A stretch of 57,730 bases of DNA, filler included, from Catajapyx aquilonaris (Eukaryota): NCBI GenBank assembly GCA_000934665.2. It is 3 parts of 3 records of this genome, joined end to end, with 100 filler letters (N's around TTAATTAATTAA, not from the genome) between each part and the next. Parts side by side here need not be neighbours in the genome. Positions count along the whole stretch, not along the records: positions 19,254 to 38,601 come from KZ539554.1; 2 more parts are not named here. The stretch is one strand, 5' to 3'. The notes beneath the pieces were generated by a model. The model did no database searches and had not been told where the DNA came from. It was given only the letters and a program-made list of their open reading frames with translations. Of the stretch, positions 22,626 to 35,764 are shown piece after piece. Positions within the stretch are counted from its first letter, which is position 1. Every line of letters starts with the position of its first letter. The position numbers were made by a program, and so were the translations under genes.

Positions 22626-22880
22626 GAAGGGTATCGTATGGTGCAAGAAGGGGGATACATCCACTTTTGGTTGAAATTCACCTGATGAGCCGCTCCTATT
22701 TTAAAAATATTGTCAGATCATTAATTTTGGTACAAGAAAGGGAGTCATCCACCTGTGCCAGATGACTTGAGGATGACTCCATTCTTGTACCAAATGATCT
22801 GGCTTTTTTTTTTTTAAATAGGAGAGCTCATGAAGTGAATTTCGACGAAGTATATCCCCCCTTCTTGCACCATACCCTTC
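22626..22880. mobile_element. Palindromic MITE (GAAGGGTA.. termini)
   Basis: GAAGGGTA..TGGTGCAAGAAGGGGG / CCCCCTTCTTGCACCATACCCTTC plus internal inverted blocks. Confidence 0.7.
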
Positions 22881-24702
22881 AATAATTGCACTTGCTTACA
22901 TGCTACAGCATGCACCAGAATGCCAATCTGAACCTAGGCAACCACTAAAGTCTAAAGTAACATGTGTCTGACTGTGGGATGTGTGAATTAATCAGTTTCT
23001 CCATAATCCTCTGTCAGTCACCATAACTCTGGAAGTCCCCTGAGTTCATTTCAAAATTATGCTCCTTGAGGTCATGGAGATAATCCCAATGTGCACTTGT
23101 GACCCCCCATCGCACCTGCATAATCAATGAACCACACACAAGCCTCCCTGAAACTGACAACTCAACTGCATACCAAGACTGAACCTGATACACTTCCACA
23201 TGCAGAGGCCAACCATGAAATTGATAATGGAATCATGCTAATTAAGTGGGACAGCACTCAATTAAAAATGATCAGTAATTTCACCGTTTTAAATCTTCTA
23301 TTATTATTTGAACCTCTTCTGCTGTTGAAGCAACATATAATGTTAAAACAGGATGCAATTGCTTCAAAGTCTTTAAGTATTGGTAGTACATCACGAGTCT
23401 CTAATTTGTCACGCAGTGACCTAGGCTATACTGTATCACAGATAACATTGAAACTCGTCATAGAAAGTCCTGCCAACATTGTGCCCTTAGAACCAATATT
23501 TGTTGCAAAAAAAACTAGTTTTAAAAATTAGACACACAACATAACATTAAGCACAATTGAAAAAGCGGAATATAGCATTAGTTGTGCACAGTACTTTACA
23601 AGAAGTATAGTCATCAATGTTTGCAAAACAGTATTCATTAGAGTCACATCAGCCACATACCTAGTACTTACAACGATTGAAAACATCATTGTTCCTGTGC
23701 ACAAAATTTTCTTAAAAAATGTCCAGTCTTATGTTAAATACCTTTCCTGTGTTTTCAAATATTATCTTGCACCATACAACACAAGTACATGAACCCTGAA
23801 GTAAGAAATGGCAGGAATGTTGGAAAAAATAGGACGTTACACATAAATCAATGCACTCTTCCAATGGTGGCCTCCCCCCCGCCCTCGGCCCCCTCAAAAA
23901 CACTAGGCCACCCTTCAGTGCTGAGCTTACATTTTTGTGCTATACAAAATTAAAATACTAAAAACGATGGCTTCAAGCTTACAGAATGTGTTTTCAACAT
24001 GGCAGAAGAGATTGGAACTCTTTAATACAGTGTTGAAAAATACATACTCCTCTCTTGAAGACACTAAGAAAATATTTCCATATTAAGAGTTTTTTTGCGG
24101 TGGGATACAGTTAACAAGTTTAGTAATACTGATCTCTATGACATATTTGAGTTCTCTTTCATTATTATTTGCTTATTACCTTTTCCTTCAAGTAAATCGT
24201 TTAATTATGACACATTAAATATGCCACATCACACCCTTACTTCTGGTGGTTATAAAGTTCCCTCACATGTAAGTTCCACATGCAATAAATTAATATAATA
24301 CAAGCACCAAACTTAAAAGGTCATTTTCATTCTTTGACAGTTTGTGACATAATGGCAGGTTCAATGACATTTCAGTAGACATCTTGAAACTTCGATGTTT
24401 CTATTGGCAATGTTGCAATTTTTAAAAATAAGTCCCATACTAGGCGCAGGAAACAGTACCCTGATGTTCATGCAGCATTAACTGTCACGCATGTGATGAA
24501 ACTTTACAAACAGCAAGTGCAGTAACCATCTAAAAACTCAAATAAAAAGCACTTCATCATAAATGAGATTTTTTCTTTCTGACAAAATATATGATCAACA
24601 AGGAGCAGCCCACCTTATGACTGTATAGTGAATCTGCAATATTATACATTAACATTAGAAAATTCTTTGATGGAGCAAATATGGCTTGTAGTGCAGTGTA
24701 GT

Positions 24703-25629
24703 CAGCGCCGGATTTACGGCAAGGCAACCTAGGCAGTTGCCTAGGGCGGCAGATTTCAAGGGGTGGCAAATTAGGCATACAAAAAAGTAAACGAAAAATT
24801 AATAAAAATAATTACGCGACTGGAAGCAGTGCCGGAAATTGCCTAGGGGCGGCCGCAAGATTCAATAAATATTGTTCAAATAGGCTACTATAATAAGAAA
24901 TAAAGGCGAAATCATTACAAAATTTCAAAAATTTCGTTGGGGAGTTCCCATTGCCGGATTTGCCATTAGGCAGAAAAGCCTAAGGCCGGCCGCCATAAGT
25001 TTAAAGAGTTAGAATATAAAATTTGTATAAAATAAAATGAAATGAAGGAGAGAACTGGCCATTTAAAAAATGAATATTTAAAGGGACACTTCACTCAAAA
25101 TACAAGTTGGGTTCCAAAAATCGGGCAAAAAATCCTGATTCGGAGGGTATAAGCAGTTTTTCTTAGAGACGAACGGTAAGGCCAGTGTGAAAGCTGGAAG
25201 TGTGTCGTTCGAAAACCGTGCGCAGAGCGGTGGGCGCAGGTGGCGACGCCACCAGAGTGGAACCGGGCGGAACTAGACCATGCACGCCTGGCGCGGCAGG
25301 TGTTTACTGTGCGCGTTATACTTCTCCGGTTTGCCGCGGGATGGTGCTGTATCACCCTTCTTAGCAGACGACGTGTGTAGATATATGATTTTCCGAGTTA
25401 CCGTTGGGCGTAGAAAAAAACCGATTGCACATTCGGAATCGGCATTTTTTGCCCGATTTTTGGGGGCCAACTTGTATTTTGAGTGGAGTGTCCCTTTAAG
25501 CGGCATTGGGGGCGGGGGGACGGGGGGGGGNNNNNNNNNNNNNGGGGGGGGGGGGGACGACGACGACGACGACAGGACAGGACGGATCTCAACTTCCTAG
25601 GGGGGGCCGAGGGGGTAAATCCGGCACTG
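24703..25629. mobile_element. Non-autonomous hAT-type element
   Basis: TIR CAGCGCCGGATTTAC / GTAAATCCGGCACTG; 8-bp TSD AGTGTAGT (24695-24702, 25630-25637). Confidence 0.85.
25082..25495. mobile_element. Kolobok-like MITE nested in 24703-25629
   Basis: TTAA|AGGGACACT[T/C]CACTCAAAATACAAGTTGG inverted termini, TTAA TSD. Confidence 0.82.
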
Positions 25630-26102
25630 AGTGTAGTACAGTAATGACATTCTTCATTATGCTCAATCAAAGAATCTCTTCACTGGTTCAATACTTAATT
25701 GGCGAATAAAGGCCATTGGGACATAATAACCCAGAGCAGCTCCTTCTGGATTCATTCGCCAAAGATTCACCATACATCACCCTCAGAACTATCATATCAA
25801 GGGCTGAGGGTATATGCATACCGTGTAAGGCAGACAACAATCCCTGTTTAATTCATCACCTCTTGATAAAATAGTTCTGCAGCAATGAATATTTCAGTAG
25901 GTAGCCCTGCTTATGTAGACCCTGAGCATGCAATACCAAGATGATCTTCCTGCTCCCTCAAGAAATTGCCTCTCAACTATTGACAACATGGTCTTTCATT
26001 TAAGTGCATGTAGTCAGGAGTGAGAGTTGCATGCATCCATTCAAAAACAGTTGTCCTGAGGCTTGTTATTTTGTATAGGGAGTGAGCTATGTGTAACCTT
26101 TC

Positions 26103-26660
26103 CTAAGGCTGCATTGGCTGTGTCTTCATCATGACCGAAACCATCCCGTCTGGCTTGTTCTGAACCAAGACAGTAGGAGATGGTGTTGGAGACCTTGAAG
26201 TCAGCACCGGTGATGATGATGGTGGTTCTGGTGACTGAGAGGGTAGTGACCTCCGACCCAAGGTACCAGTCGAACCCCCTGAACTGTCTAGCAGGTTCTC
26301 AGCACTTTCCTTAATGGGCTCTAATCCAGTGCTGAACTGATTGCTCAGGTACATGCTCTGCTCATTCTGTTTATCATCAAGGTCAGGCTCCAACATTGCC
26401 AAGTTATCCCTGCGGGGTATCATAACTGGGTCTGAGGGTACAGACAGAGCAAGTGTCTGCTGTGGAGACATGGGGATGGAAATGGTCATGGTCTGTGCAG
26501 ATGGCAATGAAGATGAGCCAGTTGTGCAGGCATTCACATCCAGAGAGGCTCTTGGGGTGCTGCTTGCTTCACTGCTGCTGCTGCTACGACGTGGAGTGTT
26601 GGCAGAGGTGGGGCTGAGTGGAACCTCTGACACTGTCTCAAACACATCCTCCAGGCTTCC
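26103..26660 (-). CDS. Bestrophin: probable last coding exon (Ser/Pro-rich tail, GSLEDVFETV...PMQP*)
   Basis: Acceptor ccaacAG at 26662-26661, phase 0, 186 codons to TAG; phase-compatible with upstream exons. Confidence 0.7.
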   Translation of the reverse strand, partial: GSLEDVFETVSEVPLSPTSANTPRRSSSSSEASSTPRASLDVNACTTGSSSLPSAQTMTISIPMSPQQTLALSVPSDPVMIPRRDNLAMLEPDLDDKQNEQSMYLSNQFSTGLEPIKESAENLLDSSGGSTGTLGRRSLPSQSPEPPSSSPVLTSRSPTPSPTVLVQNKPDGMVSVMMKTQPMQP

Positions 26661-27146
26661 CTGTTGGGTAACAAACCAAGTTAACATGCTACCAAAGATG
26701 CTCATACTGTATAGCAAGATGGCATGCCGAATGAAAAGTCTTCCCATACAGCTCACTTATGATTTGAAAATGGACAAGCAATGTTTGTCGAGTATGCACC
26801 CACGTACTGTACAGTTAATAACTACTGGCAAATAAAGCCCTTCAGAGGACTTTCCTTTTCCATCATGTGATGCTGTAATTAAACAACTATGTTACATCAA
26901 TTCATCTGCAAGTTTTGAGGAATCACTACAACTCCCTGTAATAAATATCATGTGAAAGTACCTTGCAAATCTTCAATTAAAGTAAATTCCATTCAGCAGG
27001 TAAATTTTTAAGCCCCACGATATTAAATACCAACACTTAAGTGTAATAATGTGCTCAGCAAATCCTGCCAAATATTCATTCCCCTTTTTTTCTGACAAGA
27101 AAGCATGCTAAGAAAAGCAGAGTGAGAAAAGAGTGTTGCTTCCAAC

Positions 27147-27275
27147 CTGGAAAATGGATGTCTTGACTGAACATTCGCTGGTGACACTATTGGTGTCTGT
27201 GAGGTCAGCCAGATCTGACCTTTCTGACCGTCCATTGGTGTCTGAATTACTGGGACTCACCACCAGGTTGCGGGG
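27147..27275 (-). CDS. Bestrophin: probable (possibly alternative) exon PRNLVVSPSNSD...KTSIFQ
   Basis: Acceptor ccttcAG, donor CAG|GTTGGA, 129 nt, phase 0-0. Confidence 0.55.
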
Positions 27276-27993
27276 CTGAAGGTTAAGTGAAAAAAAATAG
27301 GAGGGTCAGATTCAAACACCAGTGCAATGAAACTCGGAAAATTCAAAGATGGGATGATTGTGATGCTTCAAATTTGTCTTATAATCACACGCCTTTCCCC
27401 CCGACATTGTTTCAAACCAATTAAACCAGACATCCATTATGGAAAGACACTGTTTTGTTGCAATGGACATTACAAGCTCACTACCATACCTTTCCTAGGA
27501 CATTACTGATACATCACATTATACAATCCATATTATTATACAATCCATATGAAGTGAATGTGAATGCAACAGCTGTACAGCATGTGCACGTACTATGGCC
27601 CCATCTGTGCAGCTCTTTTCCCTACATCTCAGTACTACATACAATAAACCCATTCAGCTTCAAATTAAGCGAGTTACACTGCACCACCATATGTTGCAGA
27701 CTGAAACATCCGTTTATTAAGCACAAGCCAAAAAATAAATTAAATAAGTTAAACTGGTCTGGGAACACACGTGGCGATCAAGTAATACTTTGGAAGACTG
27801 ACTCAACATTCATGTCACAGCTATAACATTTATGCTTGGAAGACTGACATTTCACAATCATGTTACTAAGCTGCACTTAAGGTTTTACACCAATTACAGA
27901 TTAACACTGGCTTTTGTAATGGTTACATCTCTTTGGGACCTGAAGTAAAGACCCATACCCCACTGGCAATGGCCTCAATTGCAACTGACTTAC

Positions 27994-28360
27994 CCTTGTT
28001 GCCCTCTTGTTTGCTCTCCCACTTCTTCCTTTCCTGCTCTTTGAAGTGATTTTGTCTCCGAGAAGCCTTGTTTGGCTGTTCACCCTTCCAAGTCCTGAGT
28101 TACGATTTCTAAGTTCTCCTCTCTCTGCACTATCCTCATCCCCTTCTTCATATTCATCTTCCTCCCCTTCCTCTTCCTCCTCCTCAGCATCAGCATCTCT
28201 TTCCAGGTCCCCATTTGAGAGGAGGTCTGATATGACAATGGCTGTGTCACCTCTGCAGTTAGCATTGTTGTGCATCATTCCTGGAGAGAGGAGGGCCTTG
28301 GCTGTGGCAGATGATATATGCTCTCTAGGTGCTTCCCGAACATGAGAAGCCGGATGAGAC
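27994..28360 (-). CDS. Bestrophin: C-terminal exon with acidic tract
   Basis: Acceptor ttttgcAG phase 2, donor AGG|GTAAGT phase 0; open frame. Confidence 0.72.
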
Positions 28361-28994
28361 CTGCAAAATCAATAATGTCCATTGATCCATGGCACGAACA
28401 CATGGCTATTTTTGATACAAATCAAACTGATTACACCACAACAGAAATAGAAATGCAAAATATAGAACATGTATAACTGGGTCAATATTTGCTCGAGTCA
28501 AATTATGGTATGGTATGGTATGGTAACAAAAGTTCTTTTCCAACCGTAATTTACTTCCGGCATTCTTTGTGTTTTAATACATTACAATGTCGCAACATTT
28601 CATCATAACTTTTACATAATAATATTCCTGTCATTACCATTACCACTGGTCAAACTAATTTTTTCATGTATTCAAGTTGTACTTTTTAAATTAGATAAAT
28701 GCTATAAGCATACTTCCCAGACCTTCACAATATGAGAATAAAATTGCCATCTTCAAAATTTTACACATTTGCAAATATTGAATCAATTTTATCATAAAAT
28801 TTGCATCAAATTACAGCTTCACAGTATTATTTTTAAAATTATAGACAAAATTATGCAGCACTGGAAATAGTTCACACCCCATCAATGCAGTGTTACTCAT
28901 GTATAATATTATAATAATTGGTTATAGCTCATTACCTCAGAAGAGGTTTTTGCACAGACCTTTAATTGCCTCAAGGAACAGTTTGTCATTAATG

Positions 28995-29233
28995 ACGGGC
29001 GCCCTGGTCCAAGGTCAGGGTGACTGGGAGGGGATGTGCAATGTCGTTGCTATGGTCATTTTGTGAACTTCCCTGGGTGGTTAGTATAGCGGAAATCCCA
29101 CCCGAGATGAAGCCAGAGATGACCCCAAACTCTGCATGAGATGAAGGGGGGCATGCCCGGGCTTTTTTGGGATCGAACCCAGGACCCTTACATCTGTGGG
29201 TGCACACATACCGCAACACCACTTGGCCTCCCC
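28995..29233 (-). mobile_element. tRNA-derived SINE, family B
   Basis: Head GGGGAGGCCAAGTGGTGTTGCGG...GGTTCGATCCC. Confidence 0.78.
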
Positions 29234-29245
29234 GTTACTCAGGTA

Positions 29246-30630
29246 CAAAGAATGGATTTCTAGGTTTTTACCTACTTTTTATTTTGTAGGCAGAACACCG
29301 GAACCAAAATATCTATCCCTTTCATAACACAAGGATCTCAAAAATTGTAGTTCTATAAAACCTAAAATTGCCTATTTCAGACTTTGGGACCTAAATGGCC
29401 TATTAGCGCCTATTTTCACCTACAGTATTTACGCCTTTTCGTAATATTTTCGGCAGTTTTTACATGTTTTCCATTCAAGTCATCCCTCCCGCTTCAACCT
29501 GTGAATAGCAAAGAAGATGTAGCTTATAGACATACCGGATGAACTGGCTGTACAAGACATTCAACTTTTCAAGAATTATCCAGTTGCTTTGTGTGACGTC
29601 AAAAGGTCCTTTGCAGTGCATAAAGTTGTACTGCCATCTGTCACACAGGCATCACCGACAAATAATTTTTTAAAAACACTAAAATATGGAACAACTGCTA
29701 ATTTGCTACTGTGTTGCAAAATTACATGGCCAAGAGTAGGCTGATGCGGAAGCTGTGCATCTCTGAGGTCATCACCTGGTCCAGAAAATCATGTATCTCC
29801 CACATTACCGGGCTAGAGCAAACTTGAATGTCTGATTTATATAGATCATATCTGCCGTCAGATGTAAGAAAACTGTTACTCAAACTAGTAAGGATGAAAG
29901 TCGCATGCATGCATGCACCTTTCACCCTCACTAGTTTTTGAGTTACGGTCTTCTTACATGTGACGGCAGATATGCATGATTGTTGTTTTCTACATTTTTC
30001 GATGATTTTCACACAATTAAAATATTCGGATGTGAGTTGATTCCTGCATTATACTTCTGTAGTTGTTCTGATATTATCAACTATTATTAGTTGGACCACC
30101 ATCTTTCATTGTATATGTAATATTGCAAATCAATAGGGAGGCGAAGTGGCGCTGCGGCAACATATGCGCCCGCGGATGTTAAGGTCCCGGGTTCGATCCC
30201 AACCCGGGATTCCCCCCTTCATCTCGTGCAGAGTAAGACCGTCTCTGGCTTCGTTTCGGGTGGCGATCCTTCCACATATGCCACACGGGGGAGTTCACAA
30301 AACGGCACATCAACGTCTGTGCACACGCACTTTGCACATCCCCTCCTACCTACCCTTGGAACACACTAAATACTATCTTAGTATACCAGTTCCACCCAGA
30401 TGGTGGTATTCCACCCCCCTAAAGGAAATGTAACTCCCAATGGGGTAATGCAAAAAATANAAAAAAAAAAAAAAAAAAAAAATGCAAATCAATAAAAATA
30501 ACATTGCATTGGACTGAAAATAACATAGGACCTGCTTGATTTTTAGTGCCTAGAGCCCATTTTAACTGTTTTCAGGACCTAAATACCTACCTATTTGAGG
30601 TCTTTTTAGAACCTACAAATCCGTTATTTG
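29246..30630 (+). mobile_element. Deleted hAT transposon with dimerisation-domain remnant
   Basis: TIR CAAAGAATGGATTTCTAGG / CCTACAAATCCGTTATTTG; TSD CTCAGGTA/CTCACGTA; 29538-29633 translates DELAVQDIQLFKNYPVALCDVKRSFAVHKVVL (SCDVERSFS-like). Confidence 0.75.
30136..30482 (+). mobile_element. tRNA-derived SINE, family B, full length, nested in hAT element
   Basis: A box TGGCGCTGCGG, B box GGTTCGATCCC, poly(A) tail, 12-bp TSD TGCAAATCAATA (30124-30135, 30483-30494). Confidence 0.9.
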
Positions 30631-30954
30631 CTCACGTACAAATATAAAATTCTATCTTATTCAAATATGTTTAATGTCAATTTGAAGATGTATACCTTCA
30701 AATGTCTGTAATGGCACAATGTAATAGTAATGACCCATCGGTTGCAATAATGACAATTCCAGTGAAAAAGCTTTCATAATACTTGCAAGTGTGCAAAATC
30801 ATAAATATTAAAATTTCATTCCTACATTGTCAAAGTGTGGGAAGTATGCTTATATCATTTCTAAAATAAAAAGTAATGTTTTAACACATGCAAAAAAAAA
30901 TTTAATTGGTCATTATGGTAACAACAGAAATAATTTCTGATGAAATGTGATGAC

Positions 30955-32583
30955 TAAAGTCCGGATTTTTAGGCAAATGCCTATTAGTTCCTTTACAGTT
31001 GGATGATTTTGTGAAGAGATATATCCGTTTCATAAGTGAACGATGTGGAAAATGTAGGTTTCATAGTGCCTAAAATTGCATATTTCGGGTTTTTGTGACA
31101 TTTCATGCCTATTTGGCCTTTTTTGGTATAGTTTGAACTTTTTGAAGCAAATTTGGGCCTTTTTGGGCCTATCCCAACCATGCATATTCCTAAAGAGGCA
31201 TGTTGGGTTTTGTGCTCCTGAAAATACCAAAATCGTTCAGAAATCATACGAATTATGTTGCTGTGACACGTATGACCTGAAAGGCGGTTCCAATCAGAGG
31301 AAAATCTAGAAAAGTATTTGGTAACATACTGTGCAAGTGGAAACCGGCTGTAACGGTCGAGTCCAGAGCAATTGAGCAAGTGATACTTGCTTGCACTTTT
31401 TGTCTTTTACTCAAGTTTTGCGATTTTCTGTGAGTTGATTGTTGTTATTATTATAATTAAGTTTATTTGGATTATAAAATTATTGTCAAACGCAGTATTG
31501 TGGAATTTGAGAACCTCAGAAGTGTTTCCTCTATTATAGACGTTCATGATTCTTCTCATGTGCGGCAGTAGTGTGGAAAATTGATTATATTTTGAGAACT
31601 CTCTTTTCTTTTTGTGTTTCAACTGAATTGTCCATAGTGCATAGCACTTTTATGCAGTAAATTTCTTATTATCAAGCAGTTACCGTGTACTTATATTGGA
31701 TATCAAAATATTAAGTTAGTTATTAGGTTGAATTGAAGCATCCCACATCCCTTCAGGACCTGAAGGGATGCTTCAATTCAACCTAATAACTAACTTAATT
31801 CAGGTGCTCAATCGTGCCAATGAATTCCCGAACTTAATACAGGGTGAGCCAAAATGCTGTAGGCCTACTTGTTCAACTGATATGGCCATAGGATACTGAT
31901 TTCAAAGGTCCCGTATTCAAGTCTCTGATATCTGGAGGCGACTGTAAAATAAAAAATGTAAAATGTCTCCTTACATCGTTAAAGCTGGTTAGCTGGTTGC
32001 AGGATGTGGAAAATGTAGGTTTCATAGTGCCTAAAATTGCCTATTTCGGGTTTTTGTGACATTTCATGCCTATTTGGCCTTTTTTGGTATAGTTTTTGAA
32101 CTTTTTGAAGCAATTTTGGGCCTTTTTTCGGCCTATTCCAACCATGCATATTCCTAAAGAGGCATGTTGGGTTTTGTGCTCCTGAAAATACCAAAATCGT
32201 TCAGAAATCATACGAATTATGTTGCTGTGACACGTATGACCTGGAAGGCGGTTCCAATCAGAGGAAAATCTAGAAATGTATTTGGTAACATACTGTGCAA
32301 GTGGAAACAGGCTGTAACGGTAAAGTCCAGAGAAAGTGAAATTGCTTGCACTTTTTGTCTTTTACTCAAGTTTTGCGATTTTCTGTGAGTTGATTGTTGT
32401 TATTCGGTTTTTTCTCTGGTTTATGACCCCATATTTTTACTTAAGGCCTATAAAATATGTGTAGCTTTTTTGTTTTCTGTAACATTATCCTCCATACATC
32501 TGCAGAATTAAAAATTTTGTGCCTATTTGAGGTTTTCTCGTGCCTATTTCGGGGTTTTCTCATGCATAAAAATCCGGACTCTA
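30955..32583. mobile_element. Non-autonomous hAT-type element with internal ~400-bp direct duplication
   Basis: TIR TA[A/G]AGTCCGGATTTTTA; 8-bp TSD GTGATGAC (30947-30954, 32584-32591); 31043-31450 duplicated at 32003-32403. Confidence 0.85.
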
Positions 32584-32927
32584 GTGATGACATTACATTA
32601 TTAATAGGGAAATACATTAACGAGTAATTCCAATTTAGGAGGTTTTGAGTCATTTATATCAATAAGGAGCATTTTTTATGCTCTATTGCCTGGTGAAGTC
32701 CATTCAGTCCTAAAGATTCAGGAAGCCAGGATTTTCTGTCATTATTAGCATGTAAACAAGTGCAAGGTCAAATTTGCCTTCAATTATATTATCTTGCAAC
32801 TCATTTTATGGACTAAGTGTTTTCCACTTGTATGCCGACAAAATACAGTACACACTGCCCAGTACATAAATGGTTTTATGCTGGTGTAAATATCTTTTAT
32901 ACTACATGTCAGAAACTCCTAACTTAC

Positions 32928-33028
32928 CCGCGACGATCAGGAGGTGCCACATGTGGAATGGAGCTGCTTATTGAAGGTTGTCGAGATGAGCTGCTCAGTG
33001 ACAAGTCAGACATCTTAAAGATATCATC
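32928..33028 (-). CDS. Bestrophin exon (DDIFKMSDLSL...PDRR)
   Basis: Acceptor ccacAG phase 0, donor GG|GTAAGT phase 2. Confidence 0.75.
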
Positions 33029-33513
33029 CTGTGGGCAGAAGCAGTGCTTAGCACCACAAGAAACCAACCATCATAACCATGTTTTACACCATGCAAGCCT
33101 AAGCTTGTAGACAAAAAGCCACAAAACAGTACACTACCCATAAAACTAAGTCTGTGTCCCCTCACATGTGATCAGGAAGAAAAGAAGAAGTAAACAATAA
33201 CAATAATAATACACAGCAAGTCACAAGAACAGGACATTTTGAAAGACCATCCTGAAGCTTACTTGATGTCCCCATCTGTCCAAAAAAGAAGGCTTGATGT
33301 CCCCAACTGAGAGGGACTCCTGATGGCAGGCAAGGATTGAAATAAATGGATAATCAAAAGTGCAAAGCACCCGGTTGGAAATAAGCAAAAGTGCAGCTCA
33401 TACAGGATGCATCAGAGAATCACATTCTGATAGTAGCAGTCCATCACGGCTACTATTAAATGTTTTCTCTGATACCCCTCCAGATTGCGCTTGTGTGCTC
33501 ACAATGTACTCAC

Positions 33514-33665
33514 CTGGAAGTCTCCCGTTGGATCACGTGGAATTGACACTGGGCTTTGGGTAGTTGGGCTTGTACTGACACGAGATAAGCTGCGCATGTA
33601 AGCACTGCTGTGCTGACGACGCATGTTGCTGTGAATAGACATGTTGCTGCCCATGTGGCTGCCAG
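33514..33665 (-). CDS. Bestrophin exon (AGSHMGSNMSIHS...PTGDFQ)
   Basis: Acceptor ctctttccAG phase 1, donor CAG|GTGAGT phase 0. Confidence 0.75.
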
Positions 33666-33779
33666 CTGGAAAGAGAATTGCATGTTACTTCTATGGACCT
33701 CCAGTATCTCCTCACTTTTTATTTCCAGGTACTATCGAGCTGTACTCTAGAAAAGTTCAACATATGCCAAGTGACGCAC

Positions 33780-34344
33780 CCAGCTCTCTACTTCCTCCTC
33801 TTTCCCTATGGAAAAAGCGGTGCAGCACACTGAGCATGGACTGCCTTGTTGAATGAGGTCGGTTCCTCACAGATGAAGCCAAGCTTGATCGAGATGAGTT
33901 GGACAATTGCCTGCTCATTATCCTCATAGGATGTGTCCCACCTCGAGGCGAAGAAGCAGACACTTCCACTTGTACACCTTGAAGGTCATCTGGCAGCTCT
34001 GCCCTGTCACCCCTTCCCACCCCTTCATCCTCTTCCATCACAGGTTCCAATGGTATGAACTCAGCCTCTTCCTCAGGAACCTCAATATCTGCAGCTGAGC
34101 CCTTGGGTGGGTCAGTCCTGAACTGCTCAGCAGCAGCAGTATAGGGGAGTTCAAAAGGAAACACCTCATCCCAGTACTGGTCTTTGATCAACTCAGGATG
34201 TTCCTGGTGCATCTCATCCACAATTAGGTAGGACACCTGGAGGTTGCGGTCTACTAGCCAGTTCACTTCAAAGTCATCATCATCCTCACCAAAAGGGTTC
34301 ACTAATGACTCGGCCACTTTCAGCCAGCCCATATAAAAGAAAAA
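33780..34344 (-). CDS. Bestrophin exon with Ca2+-clasp motif
   Basis: [46 protein letters not shown], diagnostic of bestrophins; AG/GT boundaries. Confidence 0.93.
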
Positions 34345-34470
34345 CTGCCAAGAAAGAAATCATCAGATGTAAAGTTTTCAGTCTCTTTTCTGATTACTAT
34401 GACATTTAAAATTAAAATTGTTATTTTTCATTTCTGATATTTTTCTTGTACATCTAAGCACCCAACATAC

Positions 34471-35137
34471 CTGAAGAAATGGAAATACTGGGAAGATGAG
34501 ATCAATCTCATATCCTGGAATCTTCTTGCTTGGGTCCAAATACTGCCTACCCATGAGTGATGCTAAGAAGAATATGTACACTGCCAGAGTCACCACCTGC
34601 GTGTAGACCAAAGGTATGCTGACCCAGTCGTAATTGAGCATCCCTCCACACAGGCCTCGAAAGTTGGACAGTTGTTGAATGAGCGTGTTCATGGCAAAGT
34701 CATCTCTTATTCTGCCCTCCTTCCTGGCCCGAGTCACTATACTTCCAGCCCATACCAGTGGCATCCAGTACTTTGGATGCGAGGTCTTCTCATTCAGGTC
34801 ATCAAATATTTTCTTTTCATTGGGCAGCATCAACCCGGCTTCAACCATGTGGTCCAACGTGGGGAACCTCTTTTTCAACTGTGAGCTCATCATGCTCAGG
34901 GTGACCACCAGGGACAGATTAACATAGCGCATGATGGTGCGTCGCATCAGACGTCCTCGATCATCCTGTCCATGGATGCAGGTGGACACAAACATTGCTA
35001 GGGAGTCAGGCCAGGGGATGCCCATGTATTGGTCCCACCAGCGCTTTATCACTATTGAGACATAGAATCCCAGTACAAATGACACTGGAATCAGGTCTGA
35101 ATACTGCTGGCAATATTGGGATATCTTCTCAAAGAAT
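34471..35137 (-). CDS. Bestrophin (Ca2+-activated anion channel, Best1/Best2-like) RFP-TM exon; first coding exon absent from contig
   Basis: IPVSFVLGFYV, RWWDQY, RGRLMRRTIMRY, KKRFPT, YDWVSIPLVYTQVV; acceptor ttgcAG, donor CAG|GTATGT. Confidence 0.95.
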
Positions 35138-35764
35138 CTGCAATATAATAATAAGAACAACATCATTCCCTTCAGTAAAAAAAAAGAGTAGTAAGACCTC
35201 TGTGGCGGAATGAAAGTACTGAAACAAGGCAGGCACATGTAAGACCTTCACCAATTGATCTAAGCTGTACCATAGGTCTTACGCAAGCAATTTCCAATAT
35301 TATACTGCTCAAAAAATCTCCTTTCTGAAAACAGTGAAATGAGCCACTCAATATAAGTGTGTTTTCTGAAATTAGAATCTTCAACATTAAGCACATTGAA
35401 TTTCTATATTAATGGTGAGAATCTATGGCCATAAAACATTTATGCACAATCGTCACCTCTTTTAGATACTGATTTTAACTATGATGCTTAAGTTTTCTAC
35501 ATGGAGACGTAAATTGGTGAATTTTAGAGGCTCTTTTTCAATGGGATTCTGCATTTTCAAGAGTAAACATTTGAAAGTCTGTGAGGATGAGTTCAGTTTT
35601 TTCCCCAAATAAAACATTGCTTTCTGCTATAAGTCTAGGCCTGTGATACACATACTGTGCCAGTTTCATGCTAATCTGAAAGTTGCTACTTTGGATCTCC
35701 TCAAGTTGCCTACATGCATTAAAACATTATCCCTATACAAATACTGTACAGCAAAACTGTTGTA

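Noticed and set aside
22682..22700. Hammerhead ribozyme core CTGATGA
   Set aside because: Lies in a MITE arm; no stem II followed by GAAA at a suitable distance.
14188..35137. Fat-bestrophin linkage
   Set aside because: Separated by an artificial spacer; different contigs.
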